In this document: piece by piece, positions 15,106 through 24,282 of the stretch
Layout: each line of letters begins with the position of its first letter
Position numbering within the stretch: the stretch's first letter is position 1
Source of the DNA: a virus
Virus record (IMG/VR): IMGVR_UViG_3300045988_106777
Coordinates: 1-32,507 of that record
Length of the DNA stretch: 32,507 bases
Strand: one strand, 5' to 3'
The notes under the pieces: generated by a model
Told to the model about the DNA's origin: nothing
Seen by the model: only the letters and a program-made list of their open reading frames with translations
The model's database searches: none
Position numbers and translations under genes: made by a program

Positions 15106-15175
15106 CGACGACAGCCCGACATACGGTAAGGTTGCTCTTCGGAATCTGGTCTTGGCCCATCGGGTAATGCCTGTC

Positions 15176-15988
15176 TTAAACCCTCAGATACGTGCAGCAG
15201 CTCTTTATCTGACCGAGTACAGTGTTCTGCGGGAGCACATACTGCTTGATTTTGATTTCGCCCTTGGTAGTAATGCGAATCCAGAAGCTTACCGGGTATG
15301 ACGAGGTGGTGAATCCCAACACCGGTAACTCGAGGTCATAATTTCGCGGCGCGAACTCAGCGGGCATCGTCGCAAACGTGGTGCCCGGGTTCTTGTTCGT
15401 AACAGTGCCAGCCGCTACGTCGAGCCACATCGTGACGCAATCCCCGTATCGCATGACCTTGCCAGACTGCACGGCCCACCCGTTAGCCGGTTTGAACGAG
15501 CCTTGTGTCTGGGATACGGAATCCCCGATGGTCGATAGCGAAGCGACAGGCTCGAAGAGCTTGACAGGCTCGCCCACGCTGATTCCATCCAACGGAACAC
15601 GCCACAGCTTCAAGTCGTTCGCAGTCACCTTTGGGTCTGCAGCGGTGCCCGTCGTGGGCGTGCCCTTGATTACGACCGGCGTGATGGACTCGATGCCAGC
15701 GCTGGTCTTCGCGTAGCGCGCCACAATCAGGTCGTTGCGCTTCTGTCCCTGCGTACCAGATTGGATGGTCAGGCTAGTAGCAGCATGGTTCCAGAAGCGC
15801 TTGCCGCCGACCATGCCCACGCCGGTGCCGAGCGTCGCTGAATTTGCACTCTGCATCGTGAGCGCGAAGTCGTCTCCGTACTCGAGAACGCAATCCGCCT
15901 TGCCGATTGTCGCGACGTTGAGCGCCGACAGGTCGTCCGAGCTGATGTGCTTGGTACCAGTCATTCCGTCAACTATCTCGAATGCCAT
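15176..15988 (-). CDS. Tail fibre / receptor-binding protein candidate (270 aa)
   Basis: Last large gene of the tail module. Beta-rich, Gly/Thr-rich sequence with no enzymatic motif recognised. Confidence 0.5.
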   Translation of the reverse strand: MAFEIVDGMTGTKHISSDDLSALNVATIGKADCVLEYGDDFALTMQSANSATLGTGVGMVGGKRFWNHAATSLTIQSGTQGQKRNDLIVARYAKTSAGIESITPVVIKGTPTTGTAADPKVTANDLKLWRVPLDGISVGEPVKLFEPVASLSTIGDSVSQTQGSFKPANGWAVQSGKVMRYGDCVTMWLDVAAGTVTNKNPGTTFATMPAEFAPRNYDLELPVLGFTTSSYPVSFWIRITTKGEIKIKQYVLPQNTVLGQIKSCCTYLRV

Positions 15989-15989
15989 G

Positions 15990-16223
15990 CTACTGCTCCT
16001 TCGCGTTGCTCATGAACTGCTGGAACTCTCCGTCGTGCTTCGCGGCGAGCTTCTTGTACTCGTCGGTACACGATTTGCACAGCAGGCGTGTAGCCTTGCT
16101 GCCGTACTGGTCGAAGCGCTCGACATCACGCCAGTCGTTCGCGGCGGCGCTGTTTGCCGCCAGATACGCATCAGCGCCGCAGCGGTCGCAGACGTAGTGG
16201 GTGTAATTCTCGGTTTTTGCCAT
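15990..16223 (-). CDS. Small zinc-ribbon-like protein (77 aa)
   Basis: CDRCG...CKSC pairs. SD AGGAGG upstream. Confidence 0.55.
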   Translation of the reverse strand: MAKTENYTHYVCDRCGADAYLAANSAAANDWRDVERFDQYGSKATRLLCKSCTDEYKKLAAKHDGEFQQFMSNAKEQ

Positions 16224-16233
16224 ATTTGACCTC

Positions 16234-17886
16234 CTATTTAGTCCTTAGCCATGTGTTAGGACCGATGCTCGGTTGCCTCGTCCAGGTGCCGCCGAAGTTG
16301 TTAGGGTTCGCCCCGCTCGTCTCAACGTAGAAACCAACTGGGTGAGCCGCGAGGAATCCGGCGGCGGCAGAGTCGCCATCGACCGTGATTGACAGGTCGC
16401 TTGATCCGTCCCATGTCGCGGAGCCGTTCACAGCTCCCGTGATAGCAACGGTTCTTGTTGAATCAAAGCCATTGGCCGTCTCGGCGCTCTTCGCAACGGT
16501 CGCGCCCGTCATGATGCCGTCAAGTAACGCCTTGTCTACGGCGGACATAAGTCCTGCAGCGTCTTGAGTGGCGTTTTGGTACGTTGTGTCCGTTGCGCTG
16601 ATTTTCGCGCCATCCAGCGTGATGTTTTTACCCGCTATAAGTGCGTCCTGCTTGGTCGAGATTGCCGTCGCGTTCGCCGCGATAGCCTGGGCGTTAGCAG
16701 CCGCAGCATCGTTCGCCGCATTGGCGCGTTCCTCGGCTTTTCCAGCTGCTGCAAGGGCGTTAGATGCCTCCGTTCGCGCCTCATCCACCTTTGTGGAGAT
16801 TGAGGATAGGTCTGACGCATCGACATCTGCGTTGAACGTGTAATTGTCCAGCGTCAAGCCCTTGCCCGCGAGGTATGCGTGCCCTCCGCCTCCGCTGCTT
16901 TCAGCCGCGCCCGTTGAACTCGTCTTGGTGGTGGTATCGCTGCCGACCTCATATGAATAGGCAGCGACGCCGCGCTCGACTTTGACCACTTTCTTGCTCA
17001 CGGTCGCCGTAACGGTCGTGCCGGTGGAGTTGTCGCGCGCGCTGATGATGTCGCCGACGTCAACGTCCATGTCATCATGAGCATCGACCTCAACGGTTCC
17101 GCTCGTCTGGTATTCGAGCAGCTTCTTCTTTCCCTCGGTCTCAAGTTCGCTGGTACTAGCATTCGAGTAGTCGTATAGCGCGCATATTTCGTCAATTCCG
17201 AAAAGTGTTTGTTTGTGGCTAACGTTGCCGTTCTCGTCCGCGTAGAAATGGACGATTGCGCGGTTTTCGAGTTGACCAGTTCCAGCACACAGCAGGTGGT
17301 TTACGCACCGGTGAACCGACGTTATCGTGAAGTCGAGCAAATCCGAATCGACCTTGTTAGCGTAGTCTACGATTGGAGGCATGGACAGCTCGATATAGCC
17401 GTCCATTCTCCTCATCGCCAGCTTTCTGCCATTTGCCTTGGCAAGAGCCATGAGACCGCTATATCCGTCGCAAAAGCGCTCGAAGGTGTAACTAACGGTC
17501 GAATCGTCAGAAGCTGATTTGAACAGGCTCTCAAGCCCCATGCGTGCTATCAGCGAGGTAAGCACATCGCCCGTCTTGCCGTTGACGGTCAGATACCCGC
17601 TGCCAGAATCGGGCGAAAGCCTGCGTCCCGCCAAGATGCCGTGCCACGTGCGCCCCTTGCACTCTACCGTGCCGGTAGCGCCGCGTCCAGACCCGCGCTT
17701 AACCTGGTCGATTACGCCGCCGTATTCGGTTGCGTCGATATAGACAAGCTGTCCAGCTGCGGGTGCGCTCCTATCCTCAACGGTTAACGTGAGTGCATTC
17801 TCGTCCGCGCCGAACGCGACGTCGAGCGTGAAATCTTCAATCTCACGAACGTTGCCGAGCTTGGTATCAGCAACCACTAGCACCAC
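16234..17886 (-). CDS. Tal-like baseplate/tail tip protein with central Ala-rich coiled coil and C-terminal binding-like domain
   Basis: Follows Dit. Coiled coil EARTEASNALAAAGKAEERANAANDAAAANAQAIAANATAISTKQDAL. GTG 17886 lies 9 nt after GAGGAGGAGGG (the ORF track start 17913 overlaps Dit). Confidence 0.55.
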   Translation of the reverse strand: MVLVVADTKLGNVREIEDFTLDVAFGADENALTLTVEDRSAPAAGQLVYIDATEYGGVIDQVKRGSGRGATGTVECKGRTWHGILAGRRLSPDSGSGYLTVNGKTGDVLTSLIARMGLESLFKSASDDSTVSYTFERFCDGYSGLMALAKANGRKLAMRRMDGYIELSMPPIVDYANKVDSDLLDFTITSVHRCVNHLLCAGTGQLENRAIVHFYADENGNVSHKQTLFGIDEICALYDYSNASTSELETEGKKKLLEYQTSGTVEVDAHDDMDVDVGDIISARDNSTGTTVTATVSKKVVKVERGVAAYSYEVGSDTTTKTSSTGAAESSGGGGHAYLAGKGLTLDNYTFNADVDASDLSSISTKVDEARTEASNALAAAGKAEERANAANDAAAANAQAIAANATAISTKQDALIAGKNITLDGAKISATDTTYQNATQDAAGLMSAVDKALLDGIMTGATVAKSAETANGFDSTRTVAITGAVNGSATWDGSSDLSITVDGDSAAAGFLAAHPVGFYVETSGANPNNFGGTWTRQPSIGPNTWLRTK

Positions 17887-18701
17887 GGCGGCTCGCCCTC
17901 CTCCTCGTACCACGTGAGGTCAAATCCAAAGCTCATGTCCCATGCGACCTCATGCGAGCCAGTCGGTATCGGCTCGAAGATATACTCGCCGCTGCCAAGT
18001 CCGCTACCACGGTGCGCCTTTGCGAAGGCGTCGATAACAGCCCCGTCAGCATCCGTGATAGTAACGGTGCGCGAAATCGGGTCGATAGTCATGTAGCCTC
18101 CCTCTGGCACAGTCGCGTCGACCTTGTACCAGCTCTCGCCGATACGGATTGCAGGGTTTACCGCCGTGCCGTAGATGGTCAGCTTTACGGGACTTTCCAA
18201 CCACTCCCCCGCTTCGATGGAGGACGTGGTAAACGGGATGCCTAGGTCATAAGGAAGGTCATAGGGCAAATCGAGGTATTCATAGCTATCAGCGCTCACG
18301 GTAAGCGGCAAATACTCGACCGTGTGCGGCTTGCGCCAAACGCCGTCGAGCAGCACGACCGTGAGCGCCATGGTCACGACAACCTCGTTGATGTCAGACG
18401 GCTCAGCCTTCACGATATACGCGCGTTGGCTCCAACCGTCCGCGATGATGGTTCCGGGCGTGCCCTCCATCATGTCGCGGTCCGCCACGCGCCTTAGCGT
18501 GTTCGCCATGGCGCGGTCGAGAACTTTCAGCTCAATATCGCATTCCCGCGCATCGCGCGAAATGCCTGAAAGCGAGCGGTAACCCACCGTATAGTTCCAT
18601 GCCCTGCCGCGAATCGCCGCAGCAGTTCCGGCGAAAACGCCGTCAGCGTCAAGCTGCACATGGATGGAGCCTGTGCCCGATACGTACTCAAGCTTACGCA
18701 T
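17877..18701 (-). CDS. Distal tail protein (Dit)-like siphovirus tail component
   Basis: Position immediately after the tape measure gene and about 275 aa in size. ATG 18701 overlaps the TMP stop. Confidence 0.55.
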   Translation of the reverse strand: MRKLEYVSGTGSIHVQLDADGVFAGTAAAIRGRAWNYTVGYRSLSGISRDARECDIELKVLDRAMANTLRRVADRDMMEGTPGTIIADGWSQRAYIVKAEPSDINEVVVTMALTVVLLDGVWRKPHTVEYLPLTVSADSYEYLDLPYDLPYDLGIPFTTSSIEAGEWLESPVKLTIYGTAVNPAIRIGESWYKVDATVPEGGYMTIDPISRTVTITDADGAVIDAFAKAHRGSGLGSGEYIFEPIPTGSHEVAWDMSFGFDLTWYEEEGEPPWC

Positions 18702-21324
18702 AGGCAACCGCCTTCCTTACCTTGCGCCCGAAATCGCTCTCGCCCATGACGGGCGTGCATTCGGAGATGATCGCGGGGAGGTTGTTACCGAGCCAGCCGA
18801 TAACAGCCTCCGCCGATTCATCGCGCGATGCCGATACATCCATAGCCACTCGCGCGGCAGCGGACTTGATTCCGCTCACGCCGCGAGAAGATGCGCTGAA
18901 GTCAACGGGTCGCGCGACAAGCGCGTCGTTAACGGTGACCATAGCCTTCTCAGCCATTGCAGCGGTGGAGGAAGCGGCACCGACAATCGACTTGCCGAAG
19001 TCGCCCATGAGCGCCTTGCCGGAGTACGTGGTGTAGCCATGTCCAGAGAACGGGCCCCATTTAGCGGGCGAGAACGGGAACAGGCCTCGGATTGTCTCGA
19101 CCGCGCCCTCCACGGAAGACGTCACGGAGCCTATTGCGCTCTCGATGCCGGACTTGAGGCCGTTGAGAATCGACTTGCCCGATTCTACCAGCCAGGAGCC
19201 AGCACCTGAGAAGAAGCCCGTGATTTTGTCCTTGATGCCCGTCACTGTCGTGTATACGGAGTCGATTCCACTAGTCGCAGCGGCCCTGATTCCATTCCAG
19301 ATTGAACTAAATGCCCATTTTATTGCGCCCCAGGTGCCAGACCAAACGCCGCTGATAGTGTTCAACACGGAGCTGATAATCGAGCTTACTGCGCCGATCG
19401 CGGTTGAAACGATGTTTTGGATACCAGTCCACACTGTCTCAATTATGGACTGAATGCCAGTCCACACTCCACTCCAGTCGCCGTTGATGGCGGCGAGGAC
19501 GGTGCCAATGACAGCGTTTATTACCTGCATCACGGTCGTGATAACCGTTTGGATAACAGGCCAAACAGCATTGATAACCGCAGCGATAACCGCGCATGCA
19601 GTGGAAAAGACCGTTTGGATAATCGGCCAAACGACGGAGACAACCGCCATGATAACGTTCATTACCGTAGTGATGATGGTTTGAATCACGGGCCACACTG
19701 CATTGATAACGGCCATGATAACCTGGCACGCCATCGAGATGTAGTTCTGCACCGTGGGCCAGACCTGCGTTACGATGAGCTGGATAGCACTCATCACGAC
19801 GGAAACGACAGCCTGAATCACGGGCCAAACAGCCTGGATGATGCTTTGAATCACAGAGCAAGCCGTGGTGAAAGCCGCCTGAATCGTCGGCCATGCAGAT
19901 ACGACGAAATCCTTAACAGCACCCATTACCTGCGTTGCGACCTGTTGGATAACGGGCCAGTATTGGGTAACAGCGCCCTGAATCACGGAGCAAGCCGTGG
20001 TAACTGCCTGCTGGATGTAAGGCCACACCTGAGCCGCCGCAGATTGGATACCAGACCAGGCGGAGTTGATGGCGTTGCGCACGTCCTCGTTAGTGTTGTA
20101 GAGCTCTGCAAGGCCGACAACGACCGACGCGATTGCAGCGATCACTAGACCGACAGGGCCGCCCGCAACCGCAGAAAGCGCCGCGCCAAGTGACTTAAAG
20201 CCGGATACGATACCGAAAACCTTCTGCATTCCGCCCATGGCAGGCAAAAGCAGAGTGAATGCCGTGATAGCGGGCATGATAGCTGGTGCAAGCTGGTTGA
20301 AAGCGTTAACGATTCCATCAAGGAAACCGCTAGGCAACGCGCTTTTGATTTGACCGAAAACGGAAGCGATGCCGCTCACGCCTTTTGAAACAACGTCCTT
20401 GATGCCATAGATAACAGTAGCGATTGCATCAGCGGTCTTGCCAAAGCTGCCGCTAAAGGCGTTAATCGCGCCGGAGATGTTTTCAGCTCCAAACGCATCG
20501 ATGATCGTCTGAACGGCTTTCGCAACGCGGTTCGAGATGTTATCGAGCGCGGTGCCGATGCCCTGCGTTGAGTCCTTGGCCTGCTGCGCGAACGATGCGA
20601 AACCATCCACGCCCTCTTGGTCGAGTTTCAGAACGGCTGCGTTGAAATCATCCATCGTAATGGAGCCGTCTTTTAGGGCATTGTACAGGTCTTTAGAGTT
20701 AGCGGTCGGGCCAATAAGCGCCTTCGCCACCTGGTTTAGCTGCCCAGGCATGACCTCCTGCAAGGTCTTCCAGTCTTGCAGTTCGGGCTTGCCTTTGCTC
20801 AGGATTTGGCTGTATTGCTGCATCGCACGGGATACGTCCGCCGTCGATGCGCCCGATGCCAGGCACATGTCGTTGAACGCGATGCCGATGTTTGTTGCCT
20901 CGTCAAGCCCTCCGCATAAAGGAGCGAGCTGCTGCACCATGCCCGTAAGCGCGGGCAGCGACGTCGGAAGACCGTCAATAGAAGCGCTCATCTTCTTGAT
21001 TGACGCCGTGGCTTCATCGCCTGAATACCCAAGGTTCTTCATGACCTTCGGGAAATTGTTCATGGTGTCGACTCGTCCGATTGCACTACCCAAAGAGTTT
21101 GATATCGCGTCAAACGCCTTGCTCGTGACGCTCGAAACAAGGCCCATGACCGCACCGGCCTTGGCGGATAGCCCGGAGCTGAACTTGCCGCCAGCGTCTG
21201 AGCCAGCCTTGCCGCCAATCTTGGATGCGCCGGAGAAAGCGCCGTCAAGCTGGTCGGCGATTGATGATGTCAGGTTATCGAATTTCGGCGTGAGCAGCAC
21301 GGAGCCGCTCGCCACATCAGCCAT
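18694..21324 (-). CDS. Tape measure protein (876 aa)
   Basis: Longest gene. Follows the G/G-T chaperone. Hydrophobic central region and Trp-periodic repeats. Confidence 0.9.
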   Translation of the reverse strand: MADVASGSVLLTPKFDNLTSSIADQLDGAFSGASKIGGKAGSDAGGKFSSGLSAKAGAVMGLVSSVTSKAFDAISNSLGSAIGRVDTMNNFPKVMKNLGYSGDEATASIKKMSASIDGLPTSLPALTGMVQQLAPLCGGLDEATNIGIAFNDMCLASGASTADVSRAMQQYSQILSKGKPELQDWKTLQEVMPGQLNQVAKALIGPTANSKDLYNALKDGSITMDDFNAAVLKLDQEGVDGFASFAQQAKDSTQGIGTALDNISNRVAKAVQTIIDAFGAENISGAINAFSGSFGKTADAIATVIYGIKDVVSKGVSGIASVFGQIKSALPSGFLDGIVNAFNQLAPAIMPAITAFTLLLPAMGGMQKVFGIVSGFKSLGAALSAVAGGPVGLVIAAIASVVVGLAELYNTNEDVRNAINSAWSGIQSAAAQVWPYIQQAVTTACSVIQGAVTQYWPVIQQVATQVMGAVKDFVVSAWPTIQAAFTTACSVIQSIIQAVWPVIQAVVSVVMSAIQLIVTQVWPTVQNYISMACQVIMAVINAVWPVIQTIITTVMNVIMAVVSVVWPIIQTVFSTACAVIAAVINAVWPVIQTVITTVMQVINAVIGTVLAAINGDWSGVWTGIQSIIETVWTGIQNIVSTAIGAVSSIISSVLNTISGVWSGTWGAIKWAFSSIWNGIRAAATSGIDSVYTTVTGIKDKITGFFSGAGSWLVESGKSILNGLKSGIESAIGSVTSSVEGAVETIRGLFPFSPAKWGPFSGHGYTTYSGKALMGDFGKSIVGAASSTAAMAEKAMVTVNDALVARPVDFSASSRGVSGIKSAAARVAMDVSASRDESAEAVIGWLGNNLPAIISECTPVMGESDFGRKVRKAVAYA
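19498..20058 (-). repeat. Tandem 22-aa (2 x 11) Trp-phased repeats inside the tape measure
   Basis: Eight consecutive units starting WP[VYTI][IV]Q spaced exactly 22 residues apart (aa 434-609), preceded by W423. The units alternate between TTACSVIQ-type and VM..V-type halves. Confidence 0.85.
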
Positions 21325-21328
21325 TCAA

Positions 21329-22164
21329 TCACCCCTTTCCGCCATTTCCATCCACCTCTACCGTGACCTCGGCTATTCGGCGTGGAGCGAAAAGCAGCTC
21401 GTCCACCCTCGCTTTGCTCACATCGAGATGGTTCTTTTCTTCTTTCTTCTTTGGTGCCTTCGGGCGCGGTATCGGCTTGGGCTTCCTGCCCTTGCCGCCT
21501 CCCAACCCGTAGGCGATATTTGCGAGCTGGTCGGAGATGAGCGCTAGGATGTACGTCTGCTCATCCCATGCCAGCTCTGGGTGTAGGCGTTTCAGCGTGC
21601 GCGACGATAGGGGTAGCTGGACGGCAAGAACGGCGATAGCGCCGAACTCGCCCGCGTCCATCAAACCGTCTAGGTTGAGGCCGTAATACTGCTGGAAGTC
21701 GGCGTAAAGCTCGTCTCGCCCGTCGAGCAGGACGGGAACGAGCGCCGCTAGTTTTTTACTTCGATGCCCTCGAACAGCGCATTCTCGATGCGCATGATTT
21801 CCTCGAAGTCCTTATAGCCCATCTTGGCCTTTACGACCGCGCACACCTTGTCATCGACCTTGCCGCCGAAAACGAAATCGTAGAGCGCCAGAGCGTCGGA
21901 AATCGGCGCGTCCTTGCCCTCGTTCGCGTATTTCTGGAACTTGCCGAACATTCTGATGAACTCGCGCGACTTGATGCGGCGCATGTCGATTCGGTACGTC
22001 TCTCCCTCGAACTCTACGTCCTTCTCATAGGGTTCCTTGGTGTCCTGGACTACCTTGAAATTGGGCTCGCGGTCCATGTAACGGGCCGTGAGTGCCTCGC
22101 GCTGGTTCTCCTTGGCGGTCGCGTACTCGCGGAGCTGCTCGGGGGACATGTCTTCGATATTCAT
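21329..22164 (-). CDS. Tail assembly chaperone frameshift fusion (gpG-T analogue, -1 shift)
   Basis: The -1 frame after AAAAAAC reads KKLAALVPVLLDGRDELYADFQQYYGLNLDGLMDAGEF..., continuous with ORF 21329..21664, which lacks an SD of its own. Confidence 0.75.
21748..22164 (-). CDS. Tail assembly chaperone (gpG analogue)
   Basis: Lies between the major tail protein and the tape measure. Ends ...EVKN on the slippery A_AAA_AAC. Confidence 0.8.
   Translation of the reverse strand: MNIEDMSPEQLREYATAKENQREALTARYMDREPNFKVVQDTKEPYEKDVEFEGETYRIDMRRIKSREFIRMFGKFQKYANEGKDAPISDALALYDFVFGGKVDDKVCAVVKAKMGYKDFEEIMRIENALFEGIEVKN
21751..21757 (-). promoter_or_regulatory. Slippery heptamer A_AAA_AAC for the -1 programmed frameshift
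   Basis: GTA AAA AAC TAG in the zero frame. The stop codon follows immediately. Confidence 0.75.
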
Positions 22165-22184
22165 TTGAATCCTTTCGGTAGGCT

Positions 22185-22247
22185 CATGGAGGACGGTGGC
22201 AACGGCTCTAGCGCCTACTACCAGAGCCGCCGTCGCCGCCCTCCATG
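22185..22247 (-). promoter_or_regulatory. Long intercistronic stem-loop after the major tail protein gene
   Basis: Outer stem CATGGAGG/CCTCCATG and inner stem GGCTCT/AGAGCC. No U-run. Confidence 0.5.
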
Positions 22248-22278
22248 CGAAATGGGCGGTCTTTTGTCGTGGCTGCCG

Positions 22279-22884
22279 CTAGGCGGCTACGGTGGTGGTG
22301 TCGTAGATGTACTCGCGCATGGTGTCTCCGTCGAATGCGTCAGAGGGCAGGCACTTGATGGTGGGCGAGTAAGCTGCGAGATCGGAGTTGTTCATCTCCA
22401 TGTCATCGCGCTCGACGATCACACCGTTGGGAACGACGACGCGCTTCACCTTGGTGTCGGAAACTACGCAGTCAAAGATATAGAGGTGAGACGCGGTGAA
22501 GTTCTTGTTGTGGCGCACGGTCGTGGTGCCCTTGTTGTCAGTAGTGACGTTCGCGTCGCCGTAGACAGACTTCAGAACGGAATCACGGGTTTCGAGGAAG
22601 CTAACCTCGATGGTCTCGCCGAAACTTGACATGGGAGAGGCAACGATAGCGCCGGACCAATCAGAGATATCGTCGGTGTCGGTATCGGCGGCAATTGTGA
22701 TGCCGTCCTCGGAGATGTAGCCAAGCGACTTGAGCGTGGTCTGGGACTCGCAAAGCTCCGCAAGGGTCTTTTTCATATCGAGGAACGGTGTCGGGTCGGT
22801 ACCGGCGGGGGCGACGCATGCGTAGCCGCCCTCGCGGCCCTTGGCGATACCGAGGTTGGAAGTATCGAGCATGGATTCAGCCAT
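22279..22884 (-). CDS. Major tail protein
   Basis: About 200 aa, acidic and Thr-rich. Positioned upstream of the chaperone pair. Confidence 0.75.
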   Translation of the reverse strand: MAESMLDTSNLGIAKGREGGYACVAPAGTDPTPFLDMKKTLAELCESQTTLKSLGYISEDGITIAADTDTDDISDWSGAIVASPMSSFGETIEVSFLETRDSVLKSVYGDANVTTDNKGTTTVRHNKNFTASHLYIFDCVVSDTKVKRVVVPNGVIVERDDMEMNNSDLAAYSPTIKCLPSDAFDGDTMREYIYDTTTVAA

Positions 22885-22919
22885 GTTTTCAATCCTTTCT
22901 CAAGAGAAGAGCCGCCACG

Positions 22920-23270
22920 CTATGGGCGCGTGACGGCGTAGAAGTCGAGTTGATAGCGCGAAGTGCCGCTATCTGGGTCTGGGAAGGCATAGATGCCTCC
23001 AACGGAGCATGAGCACACGTTGGGGCACGTCTCGCGCATGTTGACCAGTACCTCGCGCGCCATGAGCGCGAGCGTGTAAGCCTCCGTCTCCGTTTCGGCC
23101 CACACCTGGACGGCAAGGTTCGGTTCGTCCTTGCCGAGCGAGTATCCGCCGCCCGTGCGCTCGACGGTGGTGAACCGTTTTGGGCGCTTTGCGGGGACGG
23201 TAGAGCTTGACGGCACGCCCAACCCTTTTCGGAGCGCGGCGCATGTCGCCGCTATCACGTCGAAGCTCAT
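22920..23270 (-). CDS. Tail terminator / tail completion protein candidate (DUF3168-like)
   Basis: Position before the major tail protein. ATGA overlap at 23270 with the upstream gene. Confidence 0.45.
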   Translation of the reverse strand: MSFDVIAATCAALRKGLGVPSSSTVPAKRPKRFTTVERTGGGYSLGKDEPNLAVQVWAETETEAYTLALMAREVLVNMRETCPNVCSCSVGGIYAFPDPDSGTSRYQLDFYAVTRP

Positions 23271-23563
23271 ACGCCGCACCCCTTCTTTAATGTGTTGTGT
23301 TTAAGGTTGTCGATGTATGCGTCGGAGTTCGCAACGCCGACGCGGGCGGATGCAGTCTTGCCTAGCATCTTCAGCTGGCATTCGTATACGGGGTTTCCGT
23401 TCGAGAGATGAGCGAGCGCATTGCATCGCGCCGCCGCCTTCTCTCCCTGAGCCATGAGCATGGAGGACACGGCTCCGCCCTTGGTTATCTCGACGATTCC
23501 GCGCTCGATGGGCCTGATTCTTCCGACGCGCCGCATCTTGAGCGACCATCCGCCCTTAGCCAT
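23267..23563 (-). CDS. Neck / head-tail joining protein candidate (98 aa)
   Basis: ATG 23563 overlaps the end of the upstream gene. The ORF-track N-terminal extension lacks an SD. Confidence 0.4.
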   Translation of the reverse strand: MAKGGWSLKMRRVGRIRPIERGIVEITKGGAVSSMLMAQGEKAAARCNALAHLSNGNPVYECQLKMLGKTASARVGVANSDAYIDNLKHNTLKKGCGV

Positions 23564-23906
23564 CGCACACCCCGCATTCGACGGCGCGGTTCCAGTCACC
23601 AGGGCAGTTAGCTTCAACGTAAGGTTGAGGGTCGCCGATGACTTGGTATTCGCGCCCTCCATACCTAATCAGGCAGTCGCGGAGGGATGCCGTGTACGTC
23701 TTGGGGAAGTGAAAGGTCATGGAGACGGTCACGCCGTTCGGTCGTGATGCCTCCAAATCACTTGTTGCGCCCGGCTGCGGGAGGACGTTGGCGACGGACT
23801 CTGAGACCCATTCGCCGGGCACCTCGTTGCCGTGCTCGTCCACTGCGCCTGGTCCACGCCGCAAGACCTCGACGGCGCAACCGCTAATCAGCTGCATACC
23901 GGTCAC
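23556..23906 (-). CDS. Head closure / head-tail adaptor (SPP1 gp16-like)
   Basis: About 115 aa and positioned after the gp6-like connector. The ...IRYGGREYQVIG... pattern is typical of this family as I recall it. Confidence 0.55.
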   Translation of the reverse strand: MTGMQLISGCAVEVLRRGPGAVDEHGNEVPGEWVSESVANVLPQPGATSDLEASRPNGVTVSMTFHFPKTYTASLRDCLIRYGGREYQVIGDPQPYVEANCPGDWNRAVECGVCDG

Positions 23907-24270
23907 CCGCCATCATCCGGCAGGACAGGACAGCGCCGGAGTTAAGACCCAGAAGGTCAAGCTCGGACGGAAGAGGGCGCATGTACTGGTCGAGCAGCGA
24001 TACGGACGCCGTGTAGCTCCCCGCCGTCTGGCTGTACTGGCTCACGCCTCCCATGCCAGCGGGTGCAGACAGGGCGCGGCTCACCATAGCCATGCACACG
24101 GTGGAGAGGTTGAGATCTAATACCTCGTCCTCCCCAGCAGCGTAACCATCCATCTTTCCGAGAAGGTAGCCGGTCGCTCGCAACAGCAGCGCGTCTAGCC
24201 GCTTCTCGTCGGCTACCGCGCCATAAGCCGCCTCATATTCATCGGCGGTCGCAAATGCCTTGATAGCCAT
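23884..24270 (-). CDS. gp6-like head-tail connector protein
   Basis: First gene after the capsid gene. The N-terminal FATADEYEAAYG...LDALLLRATGYL resembles DNA-packaging/connector (QLRG-type) proteins. Confidence 0.6.
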   Translation of the reverse strand: MAIKAFATADEYEAAYGAVADEKRLDALLLRATGYLLGKMDGYAAGEDEVLDLNLSTVCMAMVSRALSAPAGMGGVSQYSQTAGSYTASVSLLDQYMRPLPSELDLLGLNSGAVLSCRMMAGDRYAAD

Positions 24271-24282
24271 AGTGAATCACTC

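Noticed and set aside
14668-15175. Possible stop-codon recoding: a minus-strand frame with coding-like wobble bias interrupted by in-frame stops.
   Set aside because: The stops are a mix of two TAA and two TAG. All other genes read through cleanly in the standard code. The translation becomes Pro/Ser-rich low complexity.
15176-15988. Diversity-generating retroelement targeting the fibre gene.
   Set aside because: There is no reverse transcriptase gene anywhere. No template-repeat-like copy of the fibre 3' end was seen in the adjacent non-coding DNA.
22165-22629. 154-aa plus-strand ORF starting in the major tail/chaperone intergenic region.
   Set aside because: It is antisense to the major tail protein gene. 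Its start lies within the intercistronic hairpin, and it has no SD.
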